Below are positions 23,674 through 37,136 of a stretch of 64,000 bases of DNA, piece after piece; within the stretch, counting starts at the first letter, position 1, and every line of letters begins with the position of its first letter. A program made the translations under genes and the position numbers. The stretch is taken from NCBI GenBank assembly GCA_048213135.1, contig PS015016.1:80340-144339 (forward strand), in the 5' to 3' direction. This stretch comes from Reclinomonas americana ATCC 50394. Lineage: Eukaryota. Below the pieces are notes generated by a model. That model searched no databases, had not been told where the DNA came from, and saw only the letters and a program-made list of their open reading frames with translations.

Positions 23674-26659
23674 ATGGCAGCAGCCACGGTTGAGTTGTCT
23701 CGCTCACATCGCACACCCGTTCCAGAGTGCCTCACCTGAACTCTGTGATGTGTGCAGGATGTGGAGCTGCGTGATCTGCGGCTCGCCGAGTCAAGTCGCA
23801 GTGCCGACACTGATGACACCGACGAAGTGGTGTCGCCAAGTGCAGCCGAGGACGAGCTGCTTCCACGTCGCACCGGGGACGAAGTGGAGAGAATAGAACA
23901 CGCAAGTGGCGGTGGCGATCGCAATGCGTCGTCGTCCAAGGAGTTGTGTTCAGATGTGTGTGAGTGTGCATTGTGTGGCAGGTGTTGATCGTGTGTGGTG
24001 ATGCAGACAAGCACAGCAGGCAGAGGCATCGCAGCGCTTCTCGTCCAAGTGGGCGCTCTTCTTCTCGGTGTTGGGAGTGCGTACACTGTCGATCTGTTTT
24101 GTCATGCATATGTCTGTGTGACTCAACTGGTGCGATGCAGAGTGCTGTGGGGTGAGGCCCGCATGCAGCTTGTTTCTGATCTTTCTGTCGCTCTCTCACT
24201 CGCTCGCTGTGCTCTCCTGTTTCGTCCAGCACCGGGAACTTGTGGAGGTGCGATTGTCTGTTGTGCACTCTGTTGTTCGAGCCCTGCCTGACTCGATCTG
24301 CTTTGCAGATTTCCGCGCATCGTCGCCGCCAATGGAGGCAACGGCGCGCTCTTCTGGCTCATCATCTGGAACGTCTTTCTCTTCCTCTGGGCCATTCCGT
24401 TGGTGCGGGCACACGCTTGTGACGAGACCACACTTCACACTGAAGACTCATTCTCTTGTTCTGCGCCGCAGATTCTTGTCGAATATGGTGCAGGCAGACA
24501 GTTGCGTGCCCATCGATGCAGTGATCTCGCGTGTGTTGAGCACGGCTTGACTCTTCCACACGAACTCCACAGAGCACGGAAAGGAGCAGTTCGTTGCTGG
24601 GGAATGGTGATGTGGTGCACCGTCACGCTCGATGCTCATGTCGCGTGTCACAGGTGGGCGTGTTTTCGCACTTTGTCGGCGATCGATATCGGTGGATGGG
24701 CTGGTACATTGTGCTCACCAATGTGGTGATTATGGTTCGCCGAGTTTTTTCTCTCCTCCCTCGTCGCTGGGCGATTTACCTTCATTTTTCTGGCGTAGGC
24801 CTATTACGGCACACTTACAGGTTGCTTGATGTTACCCCTCGAGGTCATCTGCGGTCACCACTCACTGTTGCACGCGCCGCAGGATGGTGCATCTACTACT
24901 CGGCCGTGTACATTTTCGTGCCGTTGCCCGAGTCGATCGACGATGCCTCCGTACAGTTCAGCAACTTTCTCGACTCACCGTGGCCCGTCGTCCTCAATCT
25001 GGTCGTGCTGCTCCTGGGTCTGCTGTGCTGCTGGAAGGGAGTCAAAACCATTGAGCTGGTACTCGCGCATCGACGTCGCTTCGTGCGCAGGAGGGAATCG
25101 ATCTCACTGCGCTGCATCGTCGCAGGTCAATCTGGTGCTCGTGCCTGTGCTGCTGCTCATCATGGTGGGCCTCACCCTCCGCACTATCTTCATGAGTGTC
25201 GACGGCATTGCGTATCTGTTCTCGCCCGATCCAAGTTGCGTCGTGCTTTGCCATGGCACGTGAATGTTGTTGTGGCGCGCGCACCGACGAGCTGTGTGGA
25301 TGTGCAGGTGTGCTGATCGATCCCAGAGCGTATTTAGAGGCGCTGGCACAAATGACGTTTGACACGTCGGCTGGAACAGTGAGTTGCAAGCGCAAGCGCA
25401 TGTGCCATCTCGTTTGCTCACCTCGCACATCCACGACCGTCGCGTAGGGTGTGCTCATGACCTACGCCACGTATTTCAACGAGCAGGACTCGGTCAGCGG
25501 GTGCGTTCATCTGTTGCTGCCACTACGTCGTCACTCATTCACTCGCTCATTCACACTCACTTACTAGGCTTTCGTGGTTGACACCAATCGGTAATAATGT
25601 GGTGTCGCTGCTGGCGGCACTGACCATGTTCTCTGCTGGCTTCGCCGTGCTCGGTCAGAATGGACTGGACCGCGCCGCGGTGATTGCCCAGATGAAGGAG
25701 AGTGGTGTGGCCGGCACCGGCCTCGTCTTTCACTTTGTGCCGCAGCTCTTCTCGCAGATGCCCTTCGGCCGCCCTATTGGTGCGCGCATGTGTGTGTGTG
25801 CGTCGCTACTAGATTGCGCACTGACCTGCATTTCCTGTGGTAGCCGTCGTGTTCTTTGTGGCACTGAGCTTCGCAGCCTTTAGTTCGTACATTGCCGGTA
25901 TCATTGTGCCGCTCAAGGTCGGCTTCGATATGGGTGTGTCGCGCGGTCGAGTAGTCTTGATTGTCGGTGCCATTCTGCTGGTCTTTTCGCTGCCGAGCTC
26001 GTTCAGTGTCTCGTTCCTGGCCAATCAGGTGCGCTTACTTGCAATGGGGCCAAGGAATGCAGCAGACGCTAACCATCCTCCTCTAGGACAACACATGGGG
26101 CGTTGGTGAGATCCTGTGTGGCATCTTTGTGGCCTGGTTGGCGGTCGGCGGACCGGGTGGTGTGCGCCAGTTCCGCGAGACTGTGATCAATGTGGCAGCG
26201 TCGGATCGCGTCGGTCGCTGGTTCGATTTCATCATTCGCTTTGTGGTGCCGATCGAGACCATCATTCTGTTTCTCGCGTACACCATTCAGGTGCGCTGCG
26301 CACCGCACCACGCTTCCTTGTGACAGTATGCTGTTATTTTTCACACTCGCCACCACAGATGGCACTGGAAGACAACTGGTGGGATCCGTGGGCTGTCGAG
26401 TCGCTGGCCACCTGCTTGATCCAGTGGATCATTGGTGAGTCTCACTTAATCTCCCGCGATCGCCCGTGTGTGTCACTCAAGAAGCGATGCATGACGGGCA
26501 GGATTCGGTGTGTGCTTTGTAGCACAGTGGATGTACTCGCGCAAGCATCCGACAAGAGCCGCCGCTCGGCACGATGCGGTGGGCAGTCTGTCGTATGAGC
26601 GCGGAACCGAGCTGCAAGACAGGAGACACGACGAAGAGGGCGATGCCAACATAACATGA
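23674..26659 (+). CDS. SLC6/NSS family transporter, paralog 2, many introns and micro-exons
   Basis: Spliced FSSKWALFFSVLG|SAVG|TGNLWR|FPR, LEALAQMTFDTSAG, TPIGNN, GVAGTGLVF; collinear with paralog 1. Confidence 0.92.
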
Positions 26660-26749
26660 CGGGATTCACATAACATAAAAAGCGAATCCCCGCGCCCTTT
26701 TTCCCTTTTCTCTCCACTTACTCATCGCAAAACAACCACAAAAAAACAT

Positions 26750-27934
26750 TCACCGCCTGCTGCCGTGCGCATTCTCATACCGCTGCAGCAGTGCCTCCGC
26801 CATCTCACGGTGGTCAAACGCAAAGTCCACTGAGTCGAGTCCTTCCCGAGTCAGCGGAATCCAGCGGTAACCCATGGCCTGCACACGCAAGTGAGCACAT
26901 GGGAACTGGCCTTGAGAGGGAAAAAAGGGACATCGGACGCAACATCGTCGCCGGGGCACAACGACACAAAGCTCCTGACCTCCACGTGGTAGCAAATGGA
27001 GACCTGCACAGCGCACCGTGAGAAAAACAATACAAGCAGTACGCACTGGCGGACAGACGCACCACATGCTTCCTCTTGTCGCGTGACGGGTGCCCGAAAA
27101 CACCGACCACAGTCGGATTGCTGCCGACCAAATTCGTCTCCTCGTGCAACTCACGCAGCACCGCATGCACCGGATCCTCGCCGTACTCCACATACCCGCC
27201 TGCGGCCAAGGGCGACAAATTTATAAGTCCCAGAGAATAAAGAGTTAGCTCCTGACTAAAAAGCACAAACACACCGGGCAATGCGAGGACTCCGCGGAAT
27301 GGATCACGTCCACGAACTATCAACAGCAACTGCGGCTCGCACGACTCGTCGTCGCCGATACGCACCACTCCCGCATCGACCTGCACACACAAACACAGGT
27401 GTCAGTCTGTGTGAGCCTTCTTTTCTCGCATTTCGCGGCGATGAGAAGTTTTCACGAAACTGTCAGCGCGGGGTTCCGGAACACGGGCTCATGTGGCGGC
27501 AGTGGCGGGTACTCGTGACGTGGTGGCAGTACGAGCACTGTCTGTGCTGGTGTCGCCACTGGTGCAGTAGCAGCAGCAGCAGTGGCGGTTGAGGTACCAT
27601 CGTCAGCAGTGGCGGCGGGAACGACCACTGGTGCAGTGGAGTCGCCTGGCGATGACGATGTGGTGCGCACTGATGATGACGATCGATCATCCTCATCGTC
27701 ATCGTCAGTGTCATCAGTGTCATCGACGACATCGTGCACGCGCAAGTCATCGTCGGCAAACGCGGCGCGCTTGCTGTGCTGCAGCATCATCTCCGAAAAT
27801 GGCATCAGTGGTGGCGGCGGCGGGGGTGTCGCGGGGGCTGCAGTTGCGATTGTCGCGGGCTGGCTGCTGGGGCCAGTGGTGGAGAGGGCCAGTGGCGGGG
27901 GGAGGACAACAACAAAGTCGGCGTCGCTCACCAT
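26750..27934 (-). CDS. Nudix hydrolase with low-complexity N-terminal extension
   Basis: NPALT|VDAGV...ALPG|GYVEYGEDPVHAVLRELHEETNL (Nudix box), RDKRKHV, GDDA, AFDH. Confidence 0.9.
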
Positions 27935-28027
27935 CAAAAGCAAAAGATGAGGTAAGGTTGACAGAAAGGTCGCGACTCGCGGTGATCGGAGTCCGACGAT
28001 TGTCTTTGTTGTTGTGTGTGTGTCGCG

Positions 28028-29027
28028 ATGCGGCTTGAGAAGTGCTACTTTTGCGGGTCCACCGTGTACCCGGGTCACGGCATGACCTTTGTGCGCAACG
28101 ACTGCAAGGTACGTGTGAGCGCGCGGCGAGAATGGCACAGACACAGACAGACACTGTTGATGGAGATCGTGTGCATGCGCGTGTGTGATACACATGCACC
28201 TGCACCGAGTTGAAGATGGCGGTGGTGGGAGGGCAGGATGGCAGGCAGCGAGTGTGTGGGCGTGCGTGTGTTGTGTGTACATGTGCACATTCACATCACC
28301 CGCCGACTCACGCACACACACTTATTTGTGGAGGAGACTCGCTTGTGCTAGCTGCTGCTGTTGGTGGGAGGTCCCTTATACATATGCCTGGCGCACAGAT
28401 TTTCCACTTTTGCCGGTCCAAGTGCCACAAGAACTTCAAGATGAAGCGCAATCCACGCAAGCTGCGCTGGACCAAGGTGTTCCGCAAGGCCGCTGGCAAG
28501 GAGTTGGCTCTTGTTGCGTCCCGCTCCCACTCTCTCGTTCCTTGTGTTCTTCAAGGGCCGCCATCTTATGCGCGCGCGCGTGTGTGTGTCAGGACACGAC
28601 ATTCGAGTTTGAGAAGCGGCGACACAGACCGGTCAAGTACAGCCGACAGTTGGTGAGCGACACGATCAAGGCGATGAAGCGTATCCAGGAGATCAGAACA
28701 CGACGCGAGCGCGCCTTTATGGAGAAGCGCTTCCGCGCGGCCGAGAAGCAGCAGAAGCGACAGACGCTGCAGGATATCGCCAAGCACGTCAACCTCATCC
28801 CGTCGCGCACACTGCGCGAGCGTGCCCGCATGCGCGTGCGCGCGCTTCTGGCCAAGCGCACAGACGCGGAGATGGCCGAGGGCGGCGCGGGTGGTGCGTC
28901 GGGAAGCGCAGCCGAAGGCGACGCTGCGGCGTTCATGGACTTTGAGAGCGACGGCGACGACGATGATGATGAGGATGAGGAGGGTGCGGATGAGGACGAT
29001 GGTGTGGAAATGGTAGAGGTTGAATGA
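28028..29027 (+). CDS. RLP24: Ribosome biogenesis protein RLP24 (RSL24D1), two introns
   Basis: [53 protein letters not shown]...[15 protein letters not shown]. Confidence 0.97.
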
Positions 29028-29109
29028 AAGCCTCTGCGATGTTGTTGTCACCGCGCGAAGATCCAAGGAATTTTCTCACGTTTTGCGAAAAAAAACTTGT
29101 GTGCGCGCA

Positions 29110-29315
29110 ATGACTTCTCACCCTCCCAACAAAGTCGTCGGCTTTGTCACGTACGTGGTCGGCCCGTGGCATCTGTGGCTCCCGGTGGTGCTCCTTGGCG
29201 CCGTACTGCACGTGTGGTCGGCAGCCACCGTGGATGATCCACTCGCGATCACCACCTTTGTCGCCTTCATGGCGCTCTATCTCTCCATGTACCTGTGGAT
29301 CCTGGCCGAGAACAG
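29110..29315 (+). CDS. First exon of a membrane protein, truncated by gap
   Basis: Two hydrophobic stretches, followed by a GTGTGT donor and an N gap. Confidence 0.45.
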
Positions 29316-29443
29316 GTGTGTGCGCGCATGTGTGTGCATGGGGAGGGNNNNNNNNNNNNNNNNNNNNNNNNNNNNNNNNNNNNNNNNNNNNNNNNNNNNN
29401 NNNCGTGTGTGTGCGCGCGTTGTGATCTCGCTGTTTTCCGCAG

Positions 29444-29812
29444 CAAACTGACATCGTGCCGCCGCTGCAGTGCCAGCAAATTCTGGAAAAGTACGAGGAC
29501 AAGTTGCTGAAGGTGCTGAAGAAGTGGACCGACACCCAGTTCATGCACCGCTTCTGTGTGGAGGTCACCGGTCTGTGCCCCGACCGGCAGATTCTAGAAA
29601 TGACGCCAGAGGAGGAGGCTCCAGCCGCCGCCGCTGCTGCTGCTGCACCAGCGGTCGACAGCAATCAGGAGCAGCAGCAGCCGCCAGAAGAGCAGCAACC
29701 ACCGTCGACTGTGGAGGCATCGGCATCAGAGACTGCTGGAGAGGAGCCAACACCTTCCGAGCAGCCAGCCTCTGAGAACAACGGCAGCAGCAGCACACAC
29801 GAGGAGTTGTGA
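29444..29812 (+). CDS. C-terminal exon of a saposin-like (Canopy-type) ER protein
   Basis: CQQILEKYEDKL...FCVEVTGLC saposin-like Cys spacing, acidic tail, C-terminal HEEL ER-retention signal. Confidence 0.65.
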   Translation, partial: QTDIVPPLQCQQILEKYEDKLLKVLKKWTDTQFMHRFCVEVTGLCPDRQILEMTPEEEAPAAAAAAAAPAVDSNQEQQQPPEEQQPPSTVEASASETAGEEPTPSEQPASENNGSSSTHEEL

Positions 29813-30182
29813 CAGCTCGCTGCATGCAGGCTCTCACATTTAGACACGGGGTGAATGAAATTATTACTTGATTGCAGAGCACCGCAGAGTTTCTCCCTCA
29901 CGCACACGCGTACACGCGTGCTTAGATTCTACACTTCTCTTCTTCTGCATACACACGCAAGTCCAAGCCTCCACTAGTCGACGATGATGGCCAGTGTCCC
30001 AAGAGCAGCTACTCGCTGTCCTCATTGCACCGCCGCCGCCACCCCCCATGCACAAGCAGAAACCAGTCGCAGCAGCAGAAGAGGGTACACACTCACACAC
30101 TCACCAACACACACGCACACATACACACAATGCCGCAAAGGAGAAAAAAACGGGTCCATCAACGCAGCAGTGGCTTGCATGC

Positions 30183-30640
30183 TTAGTGGTGGTCGCCCTG
30201 CAGCTGCTTGAGCACAAAGACCTGTCCGCAGTCAGAGCACTCGTACGGCTTGTCGGCAGACACCTTGAAGAACTTCAGAGGATCGTGCAAGCCATCTGCG
30301 AGTGTCGAGAACATAATGGGTCAGACACTCGATCTCTTTGGAGCGATAAGGAAGATGCAGCAAAAATCACCCTTGCAATCTCCAGGGCAGCCGACAATTC
30401 GCTCGCTGAAGTAGCTGTGCACCACCACCGGCTTCTCCTTGGTGCCAAAAGGACCACTGTATGCACACCGACGGAAATCAACAACAAATATGCGGACACA
30501 CACTCGCGGACGACGACACGCAACGTCAGCACGCCATCCCAGAACTCGCTTCCCTTCTCAATCTCCAGGCGGTCCTGGCCAGTAGCCTGCTCGATATCGG
30601 TCGGCTGGTGGTCAGGATCGGTGCTGGCCGGCGGGCGCGA
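30183..30640 (-). CDS. COX5B: Cytochrome c oxidase subunit 5B, 5' end uncertain
   Basis: PTDIEQATGQDRLE...GPFGTKEKPVVVHSYFSERIVGCPGDC...ECSDCGQVFVLK Zn-binding motifs. Confidence 0.9.
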
Positions 30641-30772
30641 TGCTGAGGGAATCAACGGCGGCATCAGCGTGACCGTCCAAGATGCATGCAAAGGAAGATG
30701 AATAGTACACACGAACACACACACCNNNNNNNNNNNNNNNNNNNNACGACGACGACGACGTACGACGACGAC

Positions 30773-30773
<1 letters not shown>

Positions 30774-30859
<86 letters not shown>
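30774..30859. repeat. (CA)n microsatellite
   Basis: Perfect dinucleotide run. Confidence 0.95.
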
Positions 30860-30861
<2 letters not shown>

Positions 30862-31302
30862 CCTGCGCAACGCACCAGCAGGAGATGCGATTGTGATTCG
30901 ATGAATCAGGTCCGTCGATCGGGCACCTGTAGATCAAGTGTTTTCTTGTGGGTGCGAGAGAAGATGAGCACGGTCGCCGCTGCCGAGGAGCATGTAGCAA
31001 TGGAGGCAATGTGCCCGCGTTCAGTTGCGTCCTGCTTCAGAGGAACACAGAAACACACAAGCACACACACACGCACTGTATACGTGAGTGCGTTTCTCGA
31101 GGAAAAACCGAAAACTGGTGGCAGTCCGCTCTTTTCCACCACGCGCCTTGCTCCTCCACGCACATACACGCACGCACACACAAACACACACACACACACA
31201 CACACACACATTGTGCACGACACTCTCCTTGGCACCACGTTCGCTAGCTCTCGCCGCGCACTTGATGAGAGACAACTAACGAAGAAATCGTGAACCGCAC
31301 AG

Positions 31303-34230
31303 CGCGCCCTTGCTGGCATCGCTGAGGTGCCGGTGGACCGCTCAACAGTGGTCCCTGACTTGCACGACCGTATTCAGTTCCTGCGCAAGTTGAGTCTGTC
31401 TCCCTCTCCTGATTGATACCGGGAAACGGAACGCGGCGATTGGAAACTGATATTTTTGTCGGCGCAGGTTGGTGGCCGACTTGGCCGGCGAGTTTGAACG
31501 CGAGGAGCACACATGGAGGGCCGAGTCGCTGCGATACGAGCGGCAAATCGCCGTTGCGTCTTGATGCGAGCGCAACGTGGCATACAACCGTGATTTGCTA
31601 ATATTTCAAGGCGATACGTACACAGGAATCCGCAATCCAACAGCAGAAAGTACGAGAGTTTGAGACGGCACGGCGCATGGAGATGAGACTGGAGAATGAG
31701 CGAGATCGACGAGTTGCGCACACGCTGCGGGCAGTCTCTGGATTTTATTGTCTTCTCATCGCTGGCGCGCGCAGGACCAAGCTCGCAAGATGGAGCAAAT
31801 GCGAGAGGAAGTGGAGCGCATGAAAAGCAAGTGCGACATGGACCGGCAGGCTCTTCGACTGCTGCAGCGACAGGATCGGTCTGCCGCGCTGTTGGACAAC
31901 TGTCGTACTGCAGCGCACACTGGTTTGCAATTGCGTGTTGCAGTCGTCGAATTCTTGATAGGCCTGCGTGCTAACTTTGCTCGAATGCAGCACTGCGCGA
32001 CTGGGTGAACACGCAGCTGGATGAGATGCTGGCAAATCACAAGGACCTGGTCGCCTCGGTGGCCGAAGCGGTGCGTCGCGGGATGCCGACACCTCCTTTT
32101 TTCCTCCGCCGCCCGTTTGCCTAAAAGAAACTCGCAACTTGTTCATTGCAGGCGCGCTTCTCTCGCGATACGGACTCGAGTTCGTCGGAGAGTATGGATG
32201 ATCGGCTGGAGGGATCTGGTGTTCGTTGCGTTGTCGTTGATCGCCAGTGGTGCTACGTGGAGCCTATGCGTGCTCACTGCGCACAATCGTACAGAGTCGG
32301 TGCTGCAGAAAATGCTGGTAGTGCAACACTTGATCCGCTACATCACTCACCTGGAGAAGGAGGTGAGCGACCGAGCCGAAGAACTGCGTCAAGTTCGCCA
32401 ACTGCTGTCGGCTGCTGCGGTCTGTGTGTGCCACACTCCCCGCATTCCTCTGCACTTGTGCACTGACGATACCGCGCGCGCAGCCCCTCGGTGACTTCGA
32501 GGCGCCGCCGGAGAGACCCGAGCTGATGCAGGGAGAGGCTGCGGAGCTGTACCGCAGCGCTCTGCAACAGATCTACGACACGGTGCAGCAGAGTGAGAAG
32601 CGGCGGCAGTCGATGTGTGCGGCCATCATGCCGGTCACAAAAAGCAGCGGCGCCGTGCGCGCCACGGGTCGGTTGCGTAGCAAGTCCACAGTGATCATCG
32701 AGGAGAACAATACCGAGGTCGACGACATCGAGGCCAGCTGCAATGACGACGTGGGAAAGCCAAAAACAGTCAAGCTCGACCGCATACAGTCCGCAGGCGG
32801 TGCCGTCGCACACGGCAAATCTCGGAGTGTCGACATTTCCGTGCCGGCCTCATCGCCGACGGCGGCGACAACAGCGCCGGTGGAGAATCGGCGGCGGGCG
32901 AAGCATCAGCGTCGAAAGTCACTCTGCTTTGTGCCCACCACGGCCGGCACCCGAGTCAGTTTTGACGAGGCCGACACCACCGGACGAACAACACCGCCGC
33001 CACCGACCAGGTCGGTCAGCGACAACCAGTTGCATGACGATGCCGCTCCATCGCAGCTGGCAGACAATGATCCACCACCAGCAGCGACGCAACAGCCATC
33101 ACAGCCACACGACGAGGGATTGGGCCCAGAGGACTCGTCGTCGACAATGCCACTCAGCGACGACTCCACGGACGCCTCGTCTGGCCGGACGGTGGAGGAG
33201 CGCAGCAGTGGCCGGGTCGGATCGAGTGGCTCCCGCAGCGCCAAGCTTTCACCGCCACGACTGCCCGGTGAAGCCGCTCCTGCCGTCGACGCTGCGCCGC
33301 CGTGGAAGCCACCGCCGGTTCAACTGCCGGCTCCGCCTCGCGACCGACCAGTCCTGCCACCGCTTGGTGTCTCCACGGACTTGTCGCCCTCCAGGAATCG
33401 ACTCAAGGAGGCTGCCAAGTTACTTGCACATCACACACCACTCTCTCTCTCTCTCTCTCTCCCCACTGTGTTGTCTGTGACGCTGACGCTCGCTGCGTAA
33501 CAGGTTCAACGGCACCATCATTCCAGTGCAGTTCAGTCTGCGCTCGAAGACCGGCGAAGAGATTCCCGCAGACGACATACAACCAGAGACACAGGCGGCA
33601 GCGGCGGCACTGGCGGCCGATTCAGCCGCCGCCGCTGGTTTCGGCGGCCGCGCACCACTTTCCATCTTGCCACTGTCACTCACCGATGCCGTGGTGCCGC
33701 GTCCGGAAAACATCATCTCCATTCCACCACACCAGCTGTTGTACCTGCAGCAGCAACAGCAACAGCAACAACTGCAACAGCAGCAGCGCGCTGCGGCGGA
33801 CTGGCGACTAAGTTATCGATCGCCCTCGCCGGTAATGCCGCTGTCATCTACCGCCAACAACAGCAGCAGTCTCCGCGTCAGTCACGATCGCTCGCTGTCG
33901 TTGTCGGTGCCGGCTGGCGATCGCCTCTGGTCGATGGTCCTGGAAGGCGACGATACACGCAGTCTCGCACTCTCCGCCACTTCCCTGATGGTGACAGCGA
34001 CTGGAATGGCGGAGAAAGAACAGGGAGTGGTGGTCATGGATGCGCCACGGTCGCAGCGACGGTCGACGAGCTCCCGCATCGATGCACTCGAGAGTCGATC
34101 GCGCTCACTCTCGCCCACGCCACCATCCAGTGCACACTCAGCCGCAACCCTATCACCCCCACCCAGTGCCACCTCGGGGTCGTCCACGCCACTGCCGCGC
34201 ATTGCTCGTGCGAGGCGGCAGGAGACGTAA
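31303..34230 (+). CDS. Hypothetical protein, coiled-coil N-half and disordered Ser/Pro/Gln-rich C-half; start unresolved
   Basis: Exons join in frame via GT-AG introns (donors 31389, 31553, 31712, 31923, 32071, 33419). Confidence 0.65.
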
Positions 34231-34326
34231 AGAAAAAGAGCGAGAGAGAGAGGAGAGAAAAAAGTAGTGAAAGTAACGCACTACGTGTTTGTTTCGTTTC
34301 CAGCTCTATGCGTCAGTCACCTCGTT

Positions 34327-35437
34327 TCACTCGCCTTCATCGCCCTCGCGCACACGAGACCAGTTGGGACTCGGCCGGTCGGGAGCGAGCCAATTGAAAT
34401 CCTGCACACAATCCCACTTGTTGACATGCGACTGCAGTCGACTGTCACCGGCCAGTTCGGCGATCCCCTTCCACGGACCGAACTGAAGCCGCGTACACCG
34501 TTCAATGATGGGGTTCGAGCCTGCGTGGATGTGGAAGACACAGTCGGTTGTGTCGTGGATGCGGAACTGTGCACACGATAGTATGAGAAGTGAACAGACG
34601 TGGACCTTGTTGTCAAGGCAGCAAAGTGCACCTGATGCGCTGCGATGCGGAAGGTGCACGACTGGCACGACTCCACGTACACACTGCCGCACACACCGCC
34701 GAGTTCGACGGTGCAATCGCGCAATCCAATAATGTGCGCAGCCGACGCCAGCACATGCCACTCCACCGAGGCACCCTGCAGTTCATGCAGCACCAGATCC
34801 TTGCCGGCCGGCGACGCGCCAGTCCACTCAGCCGAGCGCAGACACGAGGCAGCCGGCACCTCTGCGGCCGTCAACACCACCGCGTTGGCATTGCGCAGCG
34901 ACTCGACACTGCGCACAGCCGGCGGCGCACTCGACGAGGAAGAAGTCGAGCCTCCGCCGTCGCCAGCAGCTGAGCTCTCGGTCTTCACCACACGTCGCGA
35001 GGCAAACGAAAACTTCTTCTTCGGCACCGCCCGCTCACGCGCACCAGTCACCTCCCGCGTCAGATCCTCCAGCAGCTTCTGCACTTGCCGAGTGTCGTAC
35101 GGCGTCAGAAAATAGGCCGAGCTCGAGAACAGGTTCGACAGCGTGGCCACGCGATCCAACAAGCCCACAAACATCGACTCCTCGCCCGCACCACCAACAG
35201 TCGACAAGACCGCGCGTATCCCTGTCGATCGCCAAAGGTGAGAACAAAGACAACTCCCATTCTCTCTCTCACACACACACCCTGCGCCTCCTCCTGAATG
35301 CGAGTCAACACCACCGCCGCATTCTCCGACGGATCTGCCTTCTCCTCGCGCTCACGTCGACGCTCTTCCACCGCTCGCTGTCGTTCTTCCATGCGTTCGC
35401 GCATGCGAGCTTCAATGCCCGCCGCCGCCGCTGTCAT
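34327..35437 (-). CDS. TBCC: Tubulin-specific chaperone C
   Basis: FLTPYDTRQ, PKKKFSF, GSVYVESCQSC..IAAHQ|FRIH...PIIERC...NKWDCVQDFNWL. Confidence 0.95.
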
Positions 35438-35718
35438 GGTCGAACCCTACGATGTGCGCAAACCTCAGCACACTAACAGACACACACATATATGCACACA
35501 CACACACTATGCACACACACGCACCGCAGCAGCTTCGCTCATCGAGAAGATAAGAGTGACAACTGACGCCTGTCGATCGACTGACTGTTCTCTTGTTTCA
35601 CATCCTCTCTCTCTCTCATGTTCCTCTCGCGACTGTTGCGGTTGAGACCGGTGAGTGAGAGACTTGCGCGCGCGTGTGTGTTTGTGTGTGAGGGAAACAA
35701 TGCACCACTGACGAGAAG

Positions 35719-36808
35719 ATGCAGACTGTTGGCGCGTTGACTGCCGTGGGTGTGGCGGCCTCCACCACTGTGCTGCTGGCCAGTGGCGATGGTGAGGCAG
35801 TGTGTGTGTGCAGTGGTGTGCGTGTGTGAGCTAACGAGTGTGTGTGTGTGTGTTGCAGAGGAAAAGGATCGCGGTGCGTGTGCATGCATTGTGTGTGCGT
35901 GTGTCTGAGTGTGCTTGTCTCACGTGTGATGCAGTGGTTCGTGGTGCTGTGCGTATCGACTACATGCACATGGTGCAGTTGCAGGTGAGTGTGCACGCGC
36001 GCGCCGGTGTGACTGCGTGCATGTGCGAGCGTTGCACTCACTTCCCACACACTGCAGGATCTCAACTTTATGAATGTCGTTGCGTGCCCTCCTCCGTTCT
36101 CCCTCCATCCTTCTCCTCGTTTCTGCATGCTCACTGACGATGCTCCTTTGTGTACATTGCAGGTGCACGGTACGATACGCTTTTTCTTCTGTTCCTCCCA
36201 TCAATATCATCATTGCGATCGCGCGCAGGAGGCACAGTGTTCAAGGTCATGGACGAGGCTGCGGGTGTGGTGGCACACCGATTCGGCCGTGGCCCCATGC
36301 TCACTGTCAGCACCGACAAACTGGAGTTCAAGTCGTTTCGTCGTCACATATTGACTCGATCGCTTCATGATCACGCGCTATTCTCACGCACTCTGGTGGA
36401 ATAGTGGTGTGGTCCCCAACGATCTGATGGTGGCGCACGCACGTCTCACGTTTGCGTCGCCGCGCTCGTGCGAAGTCGAGGTCGTCGTCACGTCGGAACA
36501 CTTGTTCACGGGTGAACAGCGGTGCGAATCGCGAATGCCTTCGTCTCTCTCGCTCTCTCCCGGTTTTCGTTTACCAACAGCGCACATTTTTGTGCAGAGT
36601 TTCGAGTCGGGCATTTTTTTACTTTTCACCGCTCAGCAGCAAACTGCAGCTGCCGACGTACATACCCATCACGGAGGAGGAAAAGCAGCTGTGGGAGGAG
36701 GGACGCCAGCGATACGAGGAGAAGAAGGCGAAACGAGCGGCAGCGGCGGCCAAAGCACGCGGACAAGTGGCGGACAGTGCCACTTCTCGCCCACCACACA
36801 AAGAGTAA
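35719..36808 (+). CDS. Hotdog-fold acyl-CoA thioesterase
   Basis: Spliced DLNFMNV|VHG|GTVFKVMDEAA...SPRSCEVEVVV; includes 7-nt exon 36163-36169. Confidence 0.85.
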
Positions 36809-37136
36809 GGCATGACTGCTTGCACTGTAACACAACTGTGCGCCGTACATGACACCAGCACTAATATGTCTTATGGACTCGTCGGAAACAGCGTTTGTCC
36901 GCCAGGTGCGAACGACGGCGTTTCCGAACATCCTGCTATCGTTTCCGCTGCCGTTCCGACCTTGCGTGCACGGATGTGAGCGTGTGGGTGGGAGGCTATA
37001 GTGAACTGGCAGCACCATTTGTTACATACAGTGGTATTACGACTCCGCACGTACTTATTGCCCATATCTCCCACGGGACAACAGCAGGCGCATTTCACCA
37101 AATTTGTCGCGTTGTTTCTTTTTTTTCGTCATTGTC

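Noticed and set aside
29110-29812. Membrane protein-saposin fusion
   Set aside because: The halves are separated by an N gap and are probably two genes
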